64,000 bases of DNA from Candidatus Obscuribacterales bacterium (GTDB lineage Bacteria; Cyanobacteriota; Vampirovibrionia; Obscuribacterales; Obscuribacteraceae). The position numbers were made by a program, and so were the translations under genes. Position 1 is the stretch's first letter. Every line of letters begins with the position of its first letter. Below are positions 42,541 through 52,534 of the stretch, in pieces. The DNA is taken from contig CBDDIJ010000002.1 in the NCBI GenBank assembly GCA_965228855.1, positions 1,984,001 through 2,048,000 of the forward strand, given 5' to 3'. The notes under the pieces are model-generated. The model was given only the letters and a program-made list of their open reading frames with translations, was not told where the DNA came from and made no database searches.

Positions 42541-43773
42541 TTGATCGAATCGGTATCTGTGATTAGCACCAAGAAAATCTTTCCAGCGTTGATGATAGCG
42601 GTTGTTTTTTCGACCGCCTCACTTTCGTACATGCCTGATGGCAATCTTTCTTTCATTGCTTCGGCTAAGCAAGGGCGAAAGGGGAAGTATTCTGAGAAAC
42701 CGGCAGAAGAACATTTCATTCGCGGAAAACAACAACTGAAGGCCGAAGATTTGGATGGAGCTGTCGATTCTTTTCTTCAAGCTACCTATTTCGCGCGCAA
42801 TGGATATTATCCGGAAGCCTATTACTGGCTTGGTGTCTCTTACATGGACAAAAACGAGGATAAGAAGGCGGTTGAGGCGTTCGAGAAAAACGTTCAGCAA
42901 TCAATTGAGGAGCCGACTGACACCTACCTGGCGCTTGCTGAAATTCACTTGCGCAACAAACGCTGGGACGAATGCCAGGCGGCTTTGCGCAACATCAAAA
43001 AATACGATGAGAAGACGACGCAGAAGATCGAGTTCGTTTACGGGCTGATGGAAGATAAACGAGCGGACTCCGTAGAGTACAAAGAGCCTAAAGTTATGCT
43101 CGGTAAAGCATACGATAAAGGGAATCAGAAAAATCGCGAGATGGCGAAGCAAGCCATGGAGAATGAGCGCAAGCAGCACCTCATGAGTTCCGAATCGCAC
43201 TTCCTGCGCGCGCTGGGTCAGAAACCCTGGAATCAAACGCGAGTATGGTTGTATTACTGTGAATCGAAGATGAAGCAGCAGAAGTGGCAAGAAGCGCTCA
43301 GAGAGCTAAATGCGCTATTCGACTCGAAAGTTCTGGGCAATCAGGTGCGCATGCCATTGGCTCGGATGCATAAAGACATAGGCGTGTGTCGGCTTGCGAT
43401 AGGAGACCACCAGGGCGCCATGGACAATTGGCGAACCGCGCTCGACTATAACAAAAACGACTTTGAAGTCTGGCTTCAGATTGGAATGTTGCTGGAATCA
43501 GAAAGACATTTTTCATCAGCTGTAAGCTATTACAAGGAGTTCTTACGTCTTCGGGATGGCACAGACGACAATCGTCTTGGAGAAGTGCGGAATCGATTGA
43601 CCACGATTGAACACATGTTGAATCCGAATGAAACTACTCCGACTCATGCTAAGCCATCGCAATACATGCGCACCCAATATGATGGCATCGAGCAGCAGGA
43701 GAATCAGGTTAAGTATCAGCGGCAAAAACAGCAACAGCAGGTTCAACAAAACCTGGAGAATTCGCCGTTCTAA
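42541..43773 (+). CDS. Exported TPR protein
   Basis: Hydrophobic N-terminus; YPEAYYWLG and VWLQIGMLLE TPR motifs; Gln-rich end. Confidence 0.8.
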   Translation: MIESVSVISTKKIFPALMIAVVFSTASLSYMPDGNLSFIASAKQGRKGKYSEKPAEEHFIRGKQQLKAEDLDGAVDSFLQATYFARNGYYPEAYYWLGVSYMDKNEDKKAVEAFEKNVQQSIEEPTDTYLALAEIHLRNKRWDECQAALRNIKKYDEKTTQKIEFVYGLMEDKRADSVEYKEPKVMLGKAYDKGNQKNREMAKQAMENERKQHLMSSESHFLRALGQKPWNQTRVWLYYCESKMKQQKWQEALRELNALFDSKVLGNQVRMPLARMHKDIGVCRLAIGDHQGAMDNWRTALDYNKNDFEVWLQIGMLLESERHFSSAVSYYKEFLRLRDGTDDNRLGEVRNRLTTIEHMLNPNETTPTHAKPSQYMRTQYDGIEQQENQVKYQRQKQQQQVQQNLENSPF

Positions 43774-43890
43774 CCTATTCGAACCAGTACAACAGTTAAT
43801 GAAGTGTTGGTGCGGCACCTGGAAACATCTGGCAGTACGATATCCTGTGTTTTGAAGTTTCTTGCCAGGTATGTTGCGCTGCAGAAGTTT

Positions 43891-44742
43891 ATGCTCTTGC
43901 GGAAAATTTTGGTACTTTTTGTCGTCGCCTTGGGTCTTTATGTCGGGCTTTCCCCGACCGTCGCCTGGCCGATATATCACGCGATTATTTTTAAACCGGA
44001 CAAGCGCAAACACAAAGTCGATCAACATCTGCAGTTCATGGAGGAACACTATCACGTGCGGAAACGTGAGGTTACCTTTCCTTCGGCTAACGGAAAGACT
44101 TTGCACGGTTGGTTTTTCGAGGTGCCTGGAACGAAACGTGTTTTTCTCGCGAGTCAGGGACGCGGCGGTAACATGCGCAAGAAGCTGAACATCGCTCGCT
44201 CCTTACTGATGTGCGGCGGTTCCGTCCTCCTCTATGACTACGAGGGAAATGGTGACAGCGAGGGTGTCGCGACGTTGGAGAATGTTTGCGACGATGCTGT
44301 CGGCGCGTTTGATTTTCTTGTGAAAAATGAGAAGCGCGATGGCAGAGACATCGTAGCCTACGGTCAATCGTTTGGAACGGGTGTTACCGGTCAACTGGCG
44401 AAGCGAAGACCAGTTGGTGCCGTGATTCTGCATTCCGGCTATACATCGCTATTGAGCGCGGGGCGGGACACTCTACCCTGGCTCTGGCTTTACCCGGACA
44501 GCGTTTTCCCTGCGCAAGTACTGGATAACCAGGCCGTCTTTGAAAAGGAGCATCCACCGCTTCTGATAGTGCATGGAACTCGGGACCATCTTCTGGCATA
44601 CCGGCGATCCGAAGAGCTGTACGAGCACGCAAGGCAGCCGAAAACCATGCTCGCCATTCCCGGCGGCGATCATGGCTGCTTTGGGACGTCCAATCAATTT
44701 GTCACGGCCGTTGTTCAGTTTTTAAAAATAAACAGTCTCTGA
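43891..44742 (+). CDS. Alpha/beta hydrolase (ABHD/BEM46-like)
   Basis: LHGWF, YDYEGNGDSEG, nucleophile GQSFG, HGTRD, GGDH; N-terminal anchor from ATG 43891. Confidence 0.9.
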   Translation: MLLRKILVLFVVALGLYVGLSPTVAWPIYHAIIFKPDKRKHKVDQHLQFMEEHYHVRKREVTFPSANGKTLHGWFFEVPGTKRVFLASQGRGGNMRKKLNIARSLLMCGGSVLLYDYEGNGDSEGVATLENVCDDAVGAFDFLVKNEKRDGRDIVAYGQSFGTGVTGQLAKRRPVGAVILHSGYTSLLSAGRDTLPWLWLYPDSVFPAQVLDNQAVFEKEHPPLLIVHGTRDHLLAYRRSEELYEHARQPKTMLAIPGGDHGCFGTSNQFVTAVVQFLKINSL

Positions 44743-44797
44743 CTTGCCGATTCTAAAGTAAATACATTGGTTCTGTTTAACCAGCCAACCTGGCTGT

Positions 44798-45553
44798 ATG
44801 ATCGGACCATTGATGCCCTTTTGGGGATTGAAAGCAGTGGAACTCGAACTAGTCAAAAAACGAACAACCTATTCTCTGACAACATTTTTTGAAACCTGGA
44901 CGCTCACGTTTCGCAGATTTTTTCCGTTGTTTGGGGCATGGGCGGTGTCAGGTGCTCTGCCGGTAGCAGTCATGGTCGTCACCGTGATTTCAGGCGGCGT
45001 TTTGGATGTGCTGAATGGCGCAACGCATCCATCGTGGTGGACGCTGGTCGGAATTCTGATACCAGCTGTGGTGATGGGTTGGTTTTGGGCCGGCTGGCAT
45101 TTCGTTGCGCTGAAAGTCGCGCGGGGAATTCCTGTGCGCTTCTCTGATTTCTTTCGCCCGGCCAATCAGTCTATAAGCGCCCTTGTCGCGCTAGTCATCA
45201 CGAGTACGCTTATCGGATTAGGGATGCTTCTTATCATTCCCGGAGCTCTGCTCTTTTTGCGCTGGCAGCTGACGCCGTTCTACATCGTGGATCGTAACTA
45301 CGGTCCGATCAAGGCGATGAAGCAGAGCTGGCATGACACTGAGATGCTTTTCGTTCCGCTTGCGATGCTGGACCTGATGCTCTGGGGCGTGGCGTTGTTG
45401 ACTGCTCCTACATTAGTTGGTCCGCTGCTCCAACACATGTCATCGACCGTGACGTCGGCGCTTGTTTACAGCAAGTGGTTGACGGATGAGAACAACCCGG
45501 AGATGCCTCGCATCGATAGCGATCACTCGTTCGGTTCTGAAATGCTCGGCTAA
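44798..45553 (+). CDS. Polytopic membrane protein (DUF975/YciC-like)
   Basis: LLIIPG, PFYIVD..GPIKAMKQSW; several TMs. Confidence 0.7.
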   Translation: MIGPLMPFWGLKAVELELVKKRTTYSLTTFFETWTLTFRRFFPLFGAWAVSGALPVAVMVVTVISGGVLDVLNGATHPSWWTLVGILIPAVVMGWFWAGWHFVALKVARGIPVRFSDFFRPANQSISALVALVITSTLIGLGMLLIIPGALLFLRWQLTPFYIVDRNYGPIKAMKQSWHDTEMLFVPLAMLDLMLWGVALLTAPTLVGPLLQHMSSTVTSALVYSKWLTDENNPEMPRIDSDHSFGSEMLG

Positions 45554-46767
45554 ACACGTTTCAATTCCAGCATATCCTCGAAAAAATCCCAGAACGAATC
45601 ATAGAGAAGACCTTTGTCCTCGCTCTCGTCGAAGCCGTAAACTGGTGGGTCTTCGTTCTCGCCGTTAGCGATGAAATACAAATGCAGACCATCGTTGTTT
45701 TTGGCGAATACAAAAGCGCTCGGAGCCAGGTCGACAGGCGCAGCCTCTGTTCTCGTTCCAAGGTCTTTAGCTTGGTCGAAAAAGATCTCCCAGTCCTCGG
45801 CTAGAAATATTCCGGCGCCGCGTCCCATGTGCACGAGAAAGGTGATGTAACTTGAGGGCAGAATCACGCCGTGAACTCTTTCGAGTTCATCAATATCCGC
45901 CTCTGAGCAGCGTTTCAAATTCCACTTCCAAACCTTGCCGCCACTGACCAACCGCTTCATCAAATCTTCAGGTGATTCTCGAATTCTTGTTGGTCGTGCA
46001 GGGGGTGGAATGTCTTTTTTGTATGGGAGCAATAAGTCCAGAATCTCTGGCTTGTCGCTAGCGGCATCGAATGCGTTTTTTTGATAAGTATCAAACTTGT
46101 TTGGGTCGGCGCCATACGAAAGTAAGAGTTTCACAATCGAGGCAAGTCCGTGGCTACTGGCTGTGTGCAGGGCGCTTGTATCAAATATATTGACGGCGTT
46201 AGGATTCGCGCCGGCGTCCAAAAGTTTCTTTATCACTCGTTCTGCTCGCCGGCTATCATAGCCCCTAGTCGTTTCAGCTGACAGCGCCCACTGAATCATC
46301 GTGTGGAAGCATTCTGTTTTCGATTGATAATTGACATTGGCTCCGTGTGCAACGAGGACGTCTACGACCTCCTCGTTTAAGCTCTGGACAGCAAAGTCGA
46401 GTGGTATGCGTCGCTGCTTGGTGATTGCGTTGATCTCTGCTCCACTTTCTATTAGTGCTCTGGCGATATCACCTGTGGCGGCATAAAAAAGTGGTGTACT
46501 TCGATTTTCCAGGCAACGCGCGTTCACTTCTGCGCCGCACTGTATGAGGTATTGAACGCATTCTAGCGAGCCGCTACGGGCAGCATAGTGGAGCGGACGT
46601 AAACCGAACCAACCTCTGGCTTCCCGATGTCGTTTGTTCTGCTGAATTATCTTTTGCAGGTCCTTAAGGCGACCATGTTCCGCCGCGACGTGAATGTCGC
46701 GGTCTTCCAACCCTCGGTGGTCTTTCATGACGTGATACCATAAATTTTTATCCAGGAAAAGGCGCAA
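45550..46767 (-). CDS. Ankyrin-repeat protein with C-terminal SMI1/KNR4 (SUKH) domain
   Basis: PLHYAA, TPLFYA, ALHTAS ankyrins; CSEADIDELERVHGVILPSSYITFL..MG...EDPPVY SMI1 pattern. Confidence 0.85.
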   Translation of the reverse strand: MRLFLDKNLWYHVMKDHRGLEDRDIHVAAEHGRLKDLQKIIQQNKRHREARGWFGLRPLHYAARSGSLECVQYLIQCGAEVNARCLENRSTPLFYAATGDIARALIESGAEINAITKQRRIPLDFAVQSLNEEVVDVLVAHGANVNYQSKTECFHTMIQWALSAETTRGYDSRRAERVIKKLLDAGANPNAVNIFDTSALHTASSHGLASIVKLLLSYGADPNKFDTYQKNAFDAASDKPEILDLLLPYKKDIPPPARPTRIRESPEDLMKRLVSGGKVWKWNLKRCSEADIDELERVHGVILPSSYITFLVHMGRGAGIFLAEDWEIFFDQAKDLGTRTEAAPVDLAPSAFVFAKNNDGLHLYFIANGENEDPPVYGFDESEDKGLLYDSFWDFFEDMLELKRV

Positions 46768-46814
46768 GTGAGCGAAGCGCGTGGTGCCAGGGCAATGGCG
46801 TGAAGAACCCTTTT

Positions 46815-46859
46815 AAAGCATCGAAGTTCCGCTGCATGGGGAAGCGGAACTTCGGCTTT
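46815..46859 (-). terminator. Stem-loop after the MshEN-repeat gene
   Basis: CGAAGTTCCGCT-9 nt-AGCGGAACTTCG perfect 12-bp stem with AAAGC/GCTTT outer arms. Confidence 0.55.
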
Positions 46860-46880
46860 GCGGCTCCTTGTATAGCTGGG

Positions 46881-48029
46881 CTATGCTGCGTATTCGAGTT
46901 CTCTAACTACCTTGTCGGCGCCGAGAACGCGGAGCGCAACATCGTAAGACATCGTGCCGGATTGAATCTGGTGGACGCACATCAAAGCTTTTCTTGCTTG
47001 ATTGGCATTGATTGCGTGGTTGAGAATCAGCGCTTCTGACACGCTCATCTCGAAGTCTTTGATTTGAGCAGCCGTTTCGCGAAGGACTCCTTCGTCGAGT
47101 ACTTCTGCGGCTCTCAGCAAAGTGACAGCTTGTTCGATCACGTCGAGTTCAGCAAGGATATGCTCGAGTGATGCGTTCATGGAATTTACGAGATTAAGAA
47201 GCCGTGCGGCTCTTGCTCTGGTAAACATCGGGTTGCTGAACATTTTTTGCATCCGAACGGCGGCTTCAATCACGTTGGCACCAACGAGATTGTAGTTCTT
47301 AACCAGCTCACCAAACTGCATGTCGCGTTCTGTTCCCAGTTCTGCCAGGACCATTGAGTCTTCGTGCGAGAGCAGCTTAGCCGCGACCAGAAGTTCGCCA
47401 ACTTTCGGTGGTGGCAATGCGATACCAGCACCTCTAAGTCCGAGTGCGGAGAGAAGACCTTCAAATGTCTCACCATCTCTGACGATGTATTGAACCGCCT
47501 TGACTGCGTCGAAGAATGTGAGATGTTTATCGCGGAGAAGAATTTGAATGTTGATGCAAGTAGTAAGTGTTTTTTCCGAAATGTGATTGAGGTGAACAAG
47601 CGAGGTGCCAAGCGGGTAGCCGGTTTGCTCAGCGTAGCGCATTGCTTGCTTCAATTGATCTTCTTGAACGATGCTTGCTGCCAGGAGCAATTTACCGAGG
47701 CGGCTGAGTTGTCCAAGGTCGCGGCTGATGCCGTTCAACCGATAGGCTTCTTCGATGCTGCACTGATGAACGTGAGCGAAACGCAGCAGTTCTTTCGCCA
47801 TTTGAACTTCGATTGAACCGCTACGAATCGAGCGTTGCGCTTGTACTGCGCATTCGACATCGTGGTCGCTAACGTGACCTGACATGACCAGGACGCGCCC
47901 GATTGGAAGACTCATTCTTTTGGCGAGAAGAAGGCTGTTGTTCAAAATGACTGGTGAGATGATTCCGGCTTCGAGGAAAAGCTCGCCGAGGAGGTAGAGA
48001 GGGGTTCGATTTCGAGTGGACACAAACAT
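46881..48029 (-). CDS. Stand-alone protein built of MshEN-like repeats
   Basis: LLGELFLEAGII..PIGRVLVMSGHV..AVQAQ; RLGKLLLAASIV..PLGTSLV..CINIQ; KVGELLVAAKLL..FGELV..AVRMQ. Confidence 0.75.
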   Translation of the reverse strand: MFVSTRNRTPLYLLGELFLEAGIISPVILNNSLLLAKRMSLPIGRVLVMSGHVSDHDVECAVQAQRSIRSGSIEVQMAKELLRFAHVHQCSIEEAYRLNGISRDLGQLSRLGKLLLAASIVQEDQLKQAMRYAEQTGYPLGTSLVHLNHISEKTLTTCINIQILLRDKHLTFFDAVKAVQYIVRDGETFEGLLSALGLRGAGIALPPPKVGELLVAAKLLSHEDSMVLAELGTERDMQFGELVKNYNLVGANVIEAAVRMQKMFSNPMFTRARAARLLNLVNSMNASLEHILAELDVIEQAVTLLRAAEVLDEGVLRETAAQIKDFEMSVSEALILNHAINANQARKALMCVHQIQSGTMSYDVALRVLGADKVVRELEYAA

Positions 48030-48344
48030 CAGGAAATCTCCATAGTAAAACTGCGCCGCGAGAGCAGAAGGCTCTCAGAACGTAAACTCGCTGGGTTGTT
48101 AGTAAAAGGTAACCGCTTATGTCCCTATAGTATGGGAGCGAAGTTGAAAAGGGAATTCGCGAAAAACATATAGCAAAAGTGCGTATAAAACGATGGAGAC
48201 GTTCATGAGAAGCCGAGCTTCACTAGTTTTGTCCGAAGATTAAACGTGGATATCGCCAAATATCGGGAAATTCTTCACGTTCAATTCACGAAAAGTGCTT
48301 ATGGTCGGGTTTCGGATTTCTTTCAGATGAAGGAGCTCGATGCG

Positions 48345-50249
48345 CTAGAACTGTGATAAACGAACATCTGGCCGCTGGTCTGCGAACCGCTTCAGCTCTT
48401 CCGGCTTCAAGTGGTCGACCAACAGCAATCTGAGTTTGGACATCTTCGTCAGTTTCATCAAACCGTCGCTGGTGATTCGGGGATTATTCGTGATGTTCAA
48501 TACGATAAGGTTCCGAATGCCGGTAATTGAGTCAAGGTCAGCATCAGAAAGCTTAAGACCGGCAAGATCTAGCCCTTCCAGTCTCACGCTTTTCAGCTTC
48601 TTGAGGTTCTTATGCTCGGTGCTGGTGTACGGCAGAGCTATGCTCGTGTAAACGAGTGACCTGGACAGCGAATCAAGACACGAGCCTTTTATCTTACTGC
48701 AGAATTTCAGGGATATAGTGCTAATCTCCGGGCACGTGCTCAGAGACTTTATTGTTTCGTCCGTGACAGCAGTGTTGTCCAGGTGTATGTATGTCAGGTG
48801 CGGCAGGTTCTCCAGATTACGAATTCCGGCGTCTGTGACACGCGTTTTTACGAGATAGATTTCTTTGAGGGAGCCCTCGTCTCGAAGCGACTCAAGTCCC
48901 TTGTCGGTGATTAAGGTGCCGTTCAGACGAAGACCACCGATAGGAATGAAATCAATTGATCTTAGATCATCATCATTCAATCCGGTGTCATTGGCGTCTA
49001 TATACATAGGTAAGAGATTCATCTGCTTATATTCAAGTAGAGCCGTCTTTCGCAGCTCCTGGAATTTTTGCCGCCAATCCGGTCCCTGTATGGATTTCCA
49101 AGTAGCGCCCTCGTTGAAAGCTCGATCTATGCTTGGATCATCTTTATAGGTGGTAACTACCTTGTTTCCATCTTGGATTTTAAAATCTTCGGGTTTCGTG
49201 AGAGAGTTACTTACGAACCAACCGAACAATGCTAAGCCAATTATTGACACGAGGCTCATCCACAGGATCAGAGATCTCGAGGAAGTTTCAGGTACCGAGA
49301 CCGGAGTAATAGACTCCAGAAAAGCATTAGAGGGTCTGTAAATGCCACTGTTTTCAATTTCTGCCTGGTCATTTGTAAATAGACTCGAACGATAATTCAT
49401 GAGGTCCGTTCGAAGAGCGCCTACCGTTTGATAGCGCTTGTCCGCGTTCTTCTGAAGGCACCTGGCAATAATATCTTCGAGCTCATCTGAAAACGTTTTC
49501 TCCTGAGTCTTGTCAGATAGTTTTGGAACTGGTGAGTTGACGTGCATGAGGAGCGTTTGCGGAATGGTTTCGCCGAGGAACGGCGGTTCGCCCGTTAGCA
49601 TCTCGAACATCAAGCAACCCAAGCTGTAGATGTCCGATCGTTCATCCACAATTTGCCCGTTAGCCTGTTCTGGGCTCATGTACGGTGGACTTCCAATACC
49701 GACGCCTGTCTTGGTTAGGTGTTGATCTTCTGATAACAGTTTGGCCAGTCCGAAATCGGTGATGACCGGCTTTAAGTCACCACTAGCGGTGCGTTCCATG
49801 AATACGTTAGATGGCTTGATGTCTCGATGCAGAATGTCGCGCCCATGAGCATGAGCCAGTCCATCGCATAGCTGGATGAACGTCGACAGCGCCTCGTCCA
49901 GCGAAATCACTTCGCATGAAGCTATTAAGTCAGCGAGGTTCTCTCCGGAGAGCAATTCCAAAACAATATAAAGTTCGTTGGAGTCGGATTGCCCGAAATC
50001 GAGAATGGTCAGAATATTCGGGTGCTTCATCTTCGCAAGAGCGATAGCTTCTTTGTGAAAACGGACAGCGTCCTTCGAAGAGATATTCCAGCTTAGAATT
50101 TTAACAGCGACGTCTCTGAGAAGCTGATTGTCTCGGCATCTCAAAACAACACCCATTCCACCCCTGCCCAGTTCACCGAGCGTTTCATAGCGTTCGTGTT
50201 TAAAACTAGAGTTTTGATTCTGCACTGTTGCTTGCCTTTGATGCGTCAT
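48345..50249 (-). CDS. Ser/Thr kinase - TM - leucine-rich repeat protein
   Basis: GRGGMG, VAVK, HRDIKPSN, DFG, YMSPEQ; one TM; LxLxxTxITDxGL LRRs; start ATG 50249 or GTG 50225. Confidence 0.92.
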   Translation of the reverse strand: MTHQRQATVQNQNSSFKHERYETLGELGRGGMGVVLRCRDNQLLRDVAVKILSWNISSKDAVRFHKEAIALAKMKHPNILTILDFGQSDSNELYIVLELLSGENLADLIASCEVISLDEALSTFIQLCDGLAHAHGRDILHRDIKPSNVFMERTASGDLKPVITDFGLAKLLSEDQHLTKTGVGIGSPPYMSPEQANGQIVDERSDIYSLGCLMFEMLTGEPPFLGETIPQTLLMHVNSPVPKLSDKTQEKTFSDELEDIIARCLQKNADKRYQTVGALRTDLMNYRSSLFTNDQAEIENSGIYRPSNAFLESITPVSVPETSSRSLILWMSLVSIIGLALFGWFVSNSLTKPEDFKIQDGNKVVTTYKDDPSIDRAFNEGATWKSIQGPDWRQKFQELRKTALLEYKQMNLLPMYIDANDTGLNDDDLRSIDFIPIGGLRLNGTLITDKGLESLRDEGSLKEIYLVKTRVTDAGIRNLENLPHLTYIHLDNTAVTDETIKSLSTCPEISTISLKFCSKIKGSCLDSLSRSLVYTSIALPYTSTEHKNLKKLKSVRLEGLDLAGLKLSDADLDSITGIRNLIVLNITNNPRITSDGLMKLTKMSKLRLLLVDHLKPEELKRFADQRPDVRLSQF

Positions 50250-52494
50250 TTTGCTGAGGCTCGAACATCTTGGTCGGATCTGTCGATGTGGGGAATGCGG
50301 GTATTTTTGACGCGTCCGCTTCATCTGTTGGGAAGACGGTTGGTACTTTTGTTTTATCCGCTGTCGTTTGCTTCCTCAGATGTGAGGCATAAACTACCGC
50401 AGGTGGAAAAGTGTGAGCAATGTGAAATCGTTCGATACCATCGGCGGTGACTTTCTCGCAGCCGTTTAAATACAGATTGACCAGATGTTTAATCTTTGCC
50501 GTTGCGAGTACGCCCTTATCGGTGATGTTGGGGTTGCGATTGAGAATTAGAGTTTCCAGTCTTGGAATGCGGATGGCTACGATGTTTTCAATATCTTCAT
50601 CAGTCAGATTCAAATTGGAAAGATCTAGATTTGGGATTTCGACACTTTTCAGGTTTTCCAAGTTCGGAAGTCTCACCCCCGCGCCTCGCAAGCTCAGGTG
50701 AAACAGATCAGAGTTGTTATGCAAAAGTCCCAGAGTTGAGCCGTGGAAGTTTTTGCAGTTGTCCAGTTTCAAAAAGGAGAGCTTGCCGCAGGCTGATAGC
50801 GGTTTCAACGCGGCGTCTGTAACGGCAGTCCCTGACAGAGTAAGCATCTCCAGCTTTCTGAGATTTGCCAGGTGTTGTATTCCCGCATCCGTGATGTTGG
50901 TTCGGTCAAGATAAAGTTCTACCAGCGTAGAATTTTTTCCAAGTTCAGCGAGCCCCTTATCCGTGATTTTGGTGCCCGCCAATTTTAGTCCGCGAATTGG
51001 AATGCCTTCGAGCATTTTCAAATCTTCGTCAACTACGTCGCTGCCCGACAGATTGAGCCAATTCGGAATCATGTCGCTGCCTAGTAGTTTCGATGCCGTT
51101 TTCGAGCGGTCTGCTATCATTTTCAAACCTTCGGTCGCGTTCGTTCCCACTTCAATCCAGATAGTGTTGTCGCGCAATCGACCAGGTTCATTCCTTGTTC
51201 TGTTCTGCGCAAATTTCATGTGGAACATATCGTCTTCAACATCTTCGTCAGATGTTGTAGGTGCGGGATTAGTCAAATTCGCGCTTGCCTGTGGCTCCGT
51301 CATTGCCCATGTGTAAACGGATGGCGTGTATTTGAGCTCAAATTTTGCCGGCTTAGACTTGTATAGAGCGAGCGCACCAAGCACGCCAATGACGAGAACG
51401 ACCATGCCGATAGCAAGGGTGAATTTCTTTTCCTGCGAGGGGCGTACCAAGTTTTGATACCCGCTAATTATGAACGCTCCGGTTCTCAAAAATGATTTTG
51501 CCGGCGAGTAAACACCCGAGTCACCGGAGTCAAAGGTTACGTTTACAATCGAGTCTCTGAGCGACTTCAGGTCTGTTCGCAGGTCACGAACCTTTTGATA
51601 ACGAGCGCCGGGATCCTTAGCGAGGCATTTCTGAATAATTCGATCTATCTCTGGTGGAAAGTTCCGGTCCGGGCACAAATGGCTCAGTGTAGGCGGTTCC
51701 TCTTTGATATGCTGCATCATCAAGGCTGGTATCGAATCTGAATTGAACGGACGCTGACCGCTCAGTACTTCCATCATCAGGCAGCCAAGACTGTAAATAT
51801 CGGAGCGCTGATCGACAGCTTTGCCTGCGCATTGCTCGGGGCTCATGTATGGCGGGCTGCCCATTGCGATGTTTGTTTTGGTCTGGAACTGATCGTCGGT
51901 GAGCAGCTTCGCGAGTCCGAAGTCGGTTATCGTAACTTTGAATTCGCCGGCTTCGTAGCGAGCGACGAACACATTCGACGGTTTGATATCCCGATGCAAA
52001 ATATTTTTTCCATGCGCATGCGACAGTCCATCGCAAATTTGCATGAAGATATCGAGCGCATCTTCAAAAGGCGGATTTTTATCCGCATCGAGTAGCTCTG
52101 AAATACTTCGCCCGGTGAGCAGGTCCATAACAAGGAAGAGCGAGTCATCGTCGGAATGTCCGAAGTGTTGGACGCCGAGAATGTTGGGATGCTGCAGGCG
52201 TGCCAGCGCCTTGGCCTCTTTGTGAAACCGGATTACATCCTCGTTGGACATGTTCCAAGCAATTACTTTGACTGCAACATCTTTAAGCAGTTTGCGGTCG
52301 CGGCATCGGTATACGATACCCATGCCACCACGTCCGATTTCCTCAAGCACCATGTACTGCTCGTGGCTGAAAGATATATTGCTGAAAGGTGAAGACACTC
52401 TGAGCTCTGAACGTTCTGCTGACTCTGCGGCAAGCTCCAGTATAACAGCGACGTCAAGAAAGGAAAGGTTCGCAAGCAACAAAGCCAGCCGCAT
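50206..52494 (-). CDS. Ser/Thr kinase - TM - leucine-rich repeat protein (tandem paralog)
   Basis: Same motifs and architecture as neighbour; start uncertain. Confidence 0.92.
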   Translation of the reverse strand: MRLALLLANLSFLDVAVILELAAESAERSELRVSSPFSNISFSHEQYMVLEEIGRGGMGIVYRCRDRKLLKDVAVKVIAWNMSNEDVIRFHKEAKALARLQHPNILGVQHFGHSDDDSLFLVMDLLTGRSISELLDADKNPPFEDALDIFMQICDGLSHAHGKNILHRDIKPSNVFVARYEAGEFKVTITDFGLAKLLTDDQFQTKTNIAMGSPPYMSPEQCAGKAVDQRSDIYSLGCLMMEVLSGQRPFNSDSIPALMMQHIKEEPPTLSHLCPDRNFPPEIDRIIQKCLAKDPGARYQKVRDLRTDLKSLRDSIVNVTFDSGDSGVYSPAKSFLRTGAFIISGYQNLVRPSQEKKFTLAIGMVVLVIGVLGALALYKSKPAKFELKYTPSVYTWAMTEPQASANLTNPAPTTSDEDVEDDMFHMKFAQNRTRNEPGRLRDNTIWIEVGTNATEGLKMIADRSKTASKLLGSDMIPNWLNLSGSDVVDEDLKMLEGIPIRGLKLAGTKITDKGLAELGKNSTLVELYLDRTNITDAGIQHLANLRKLEMLTLSGTAVTDAALKPLSACGKLSFLKLDNCKNFHGSTLGLLHNNSDLFHLSLRGAGVRLPNLENLKSVEIPNLDLSNLNLTDEDIENIVAIRIPRLETLILNRNPNITDKGVLATAKIKHLVNLYLNGCEKVTADGIERFHIAHTFPPAVVYASHLRKQTTADKTKVPTVFPTDEADASKIPAFPTSTDPTKMFEPQQNDASKASNSAESKL

Positions 52495-52534
52495 GCTGTG
52501 GCTGGCTCAATTGGTTGGAGAACCGGGTGTCGCC

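Noticed and set aside
50206..50324. Kinase gene overlap as a frameshifted single gene
   Set aside because: Both genes have complete kinase-TM-LRR architecture; later starts (50249/50225) reduce the overlap to a short one.
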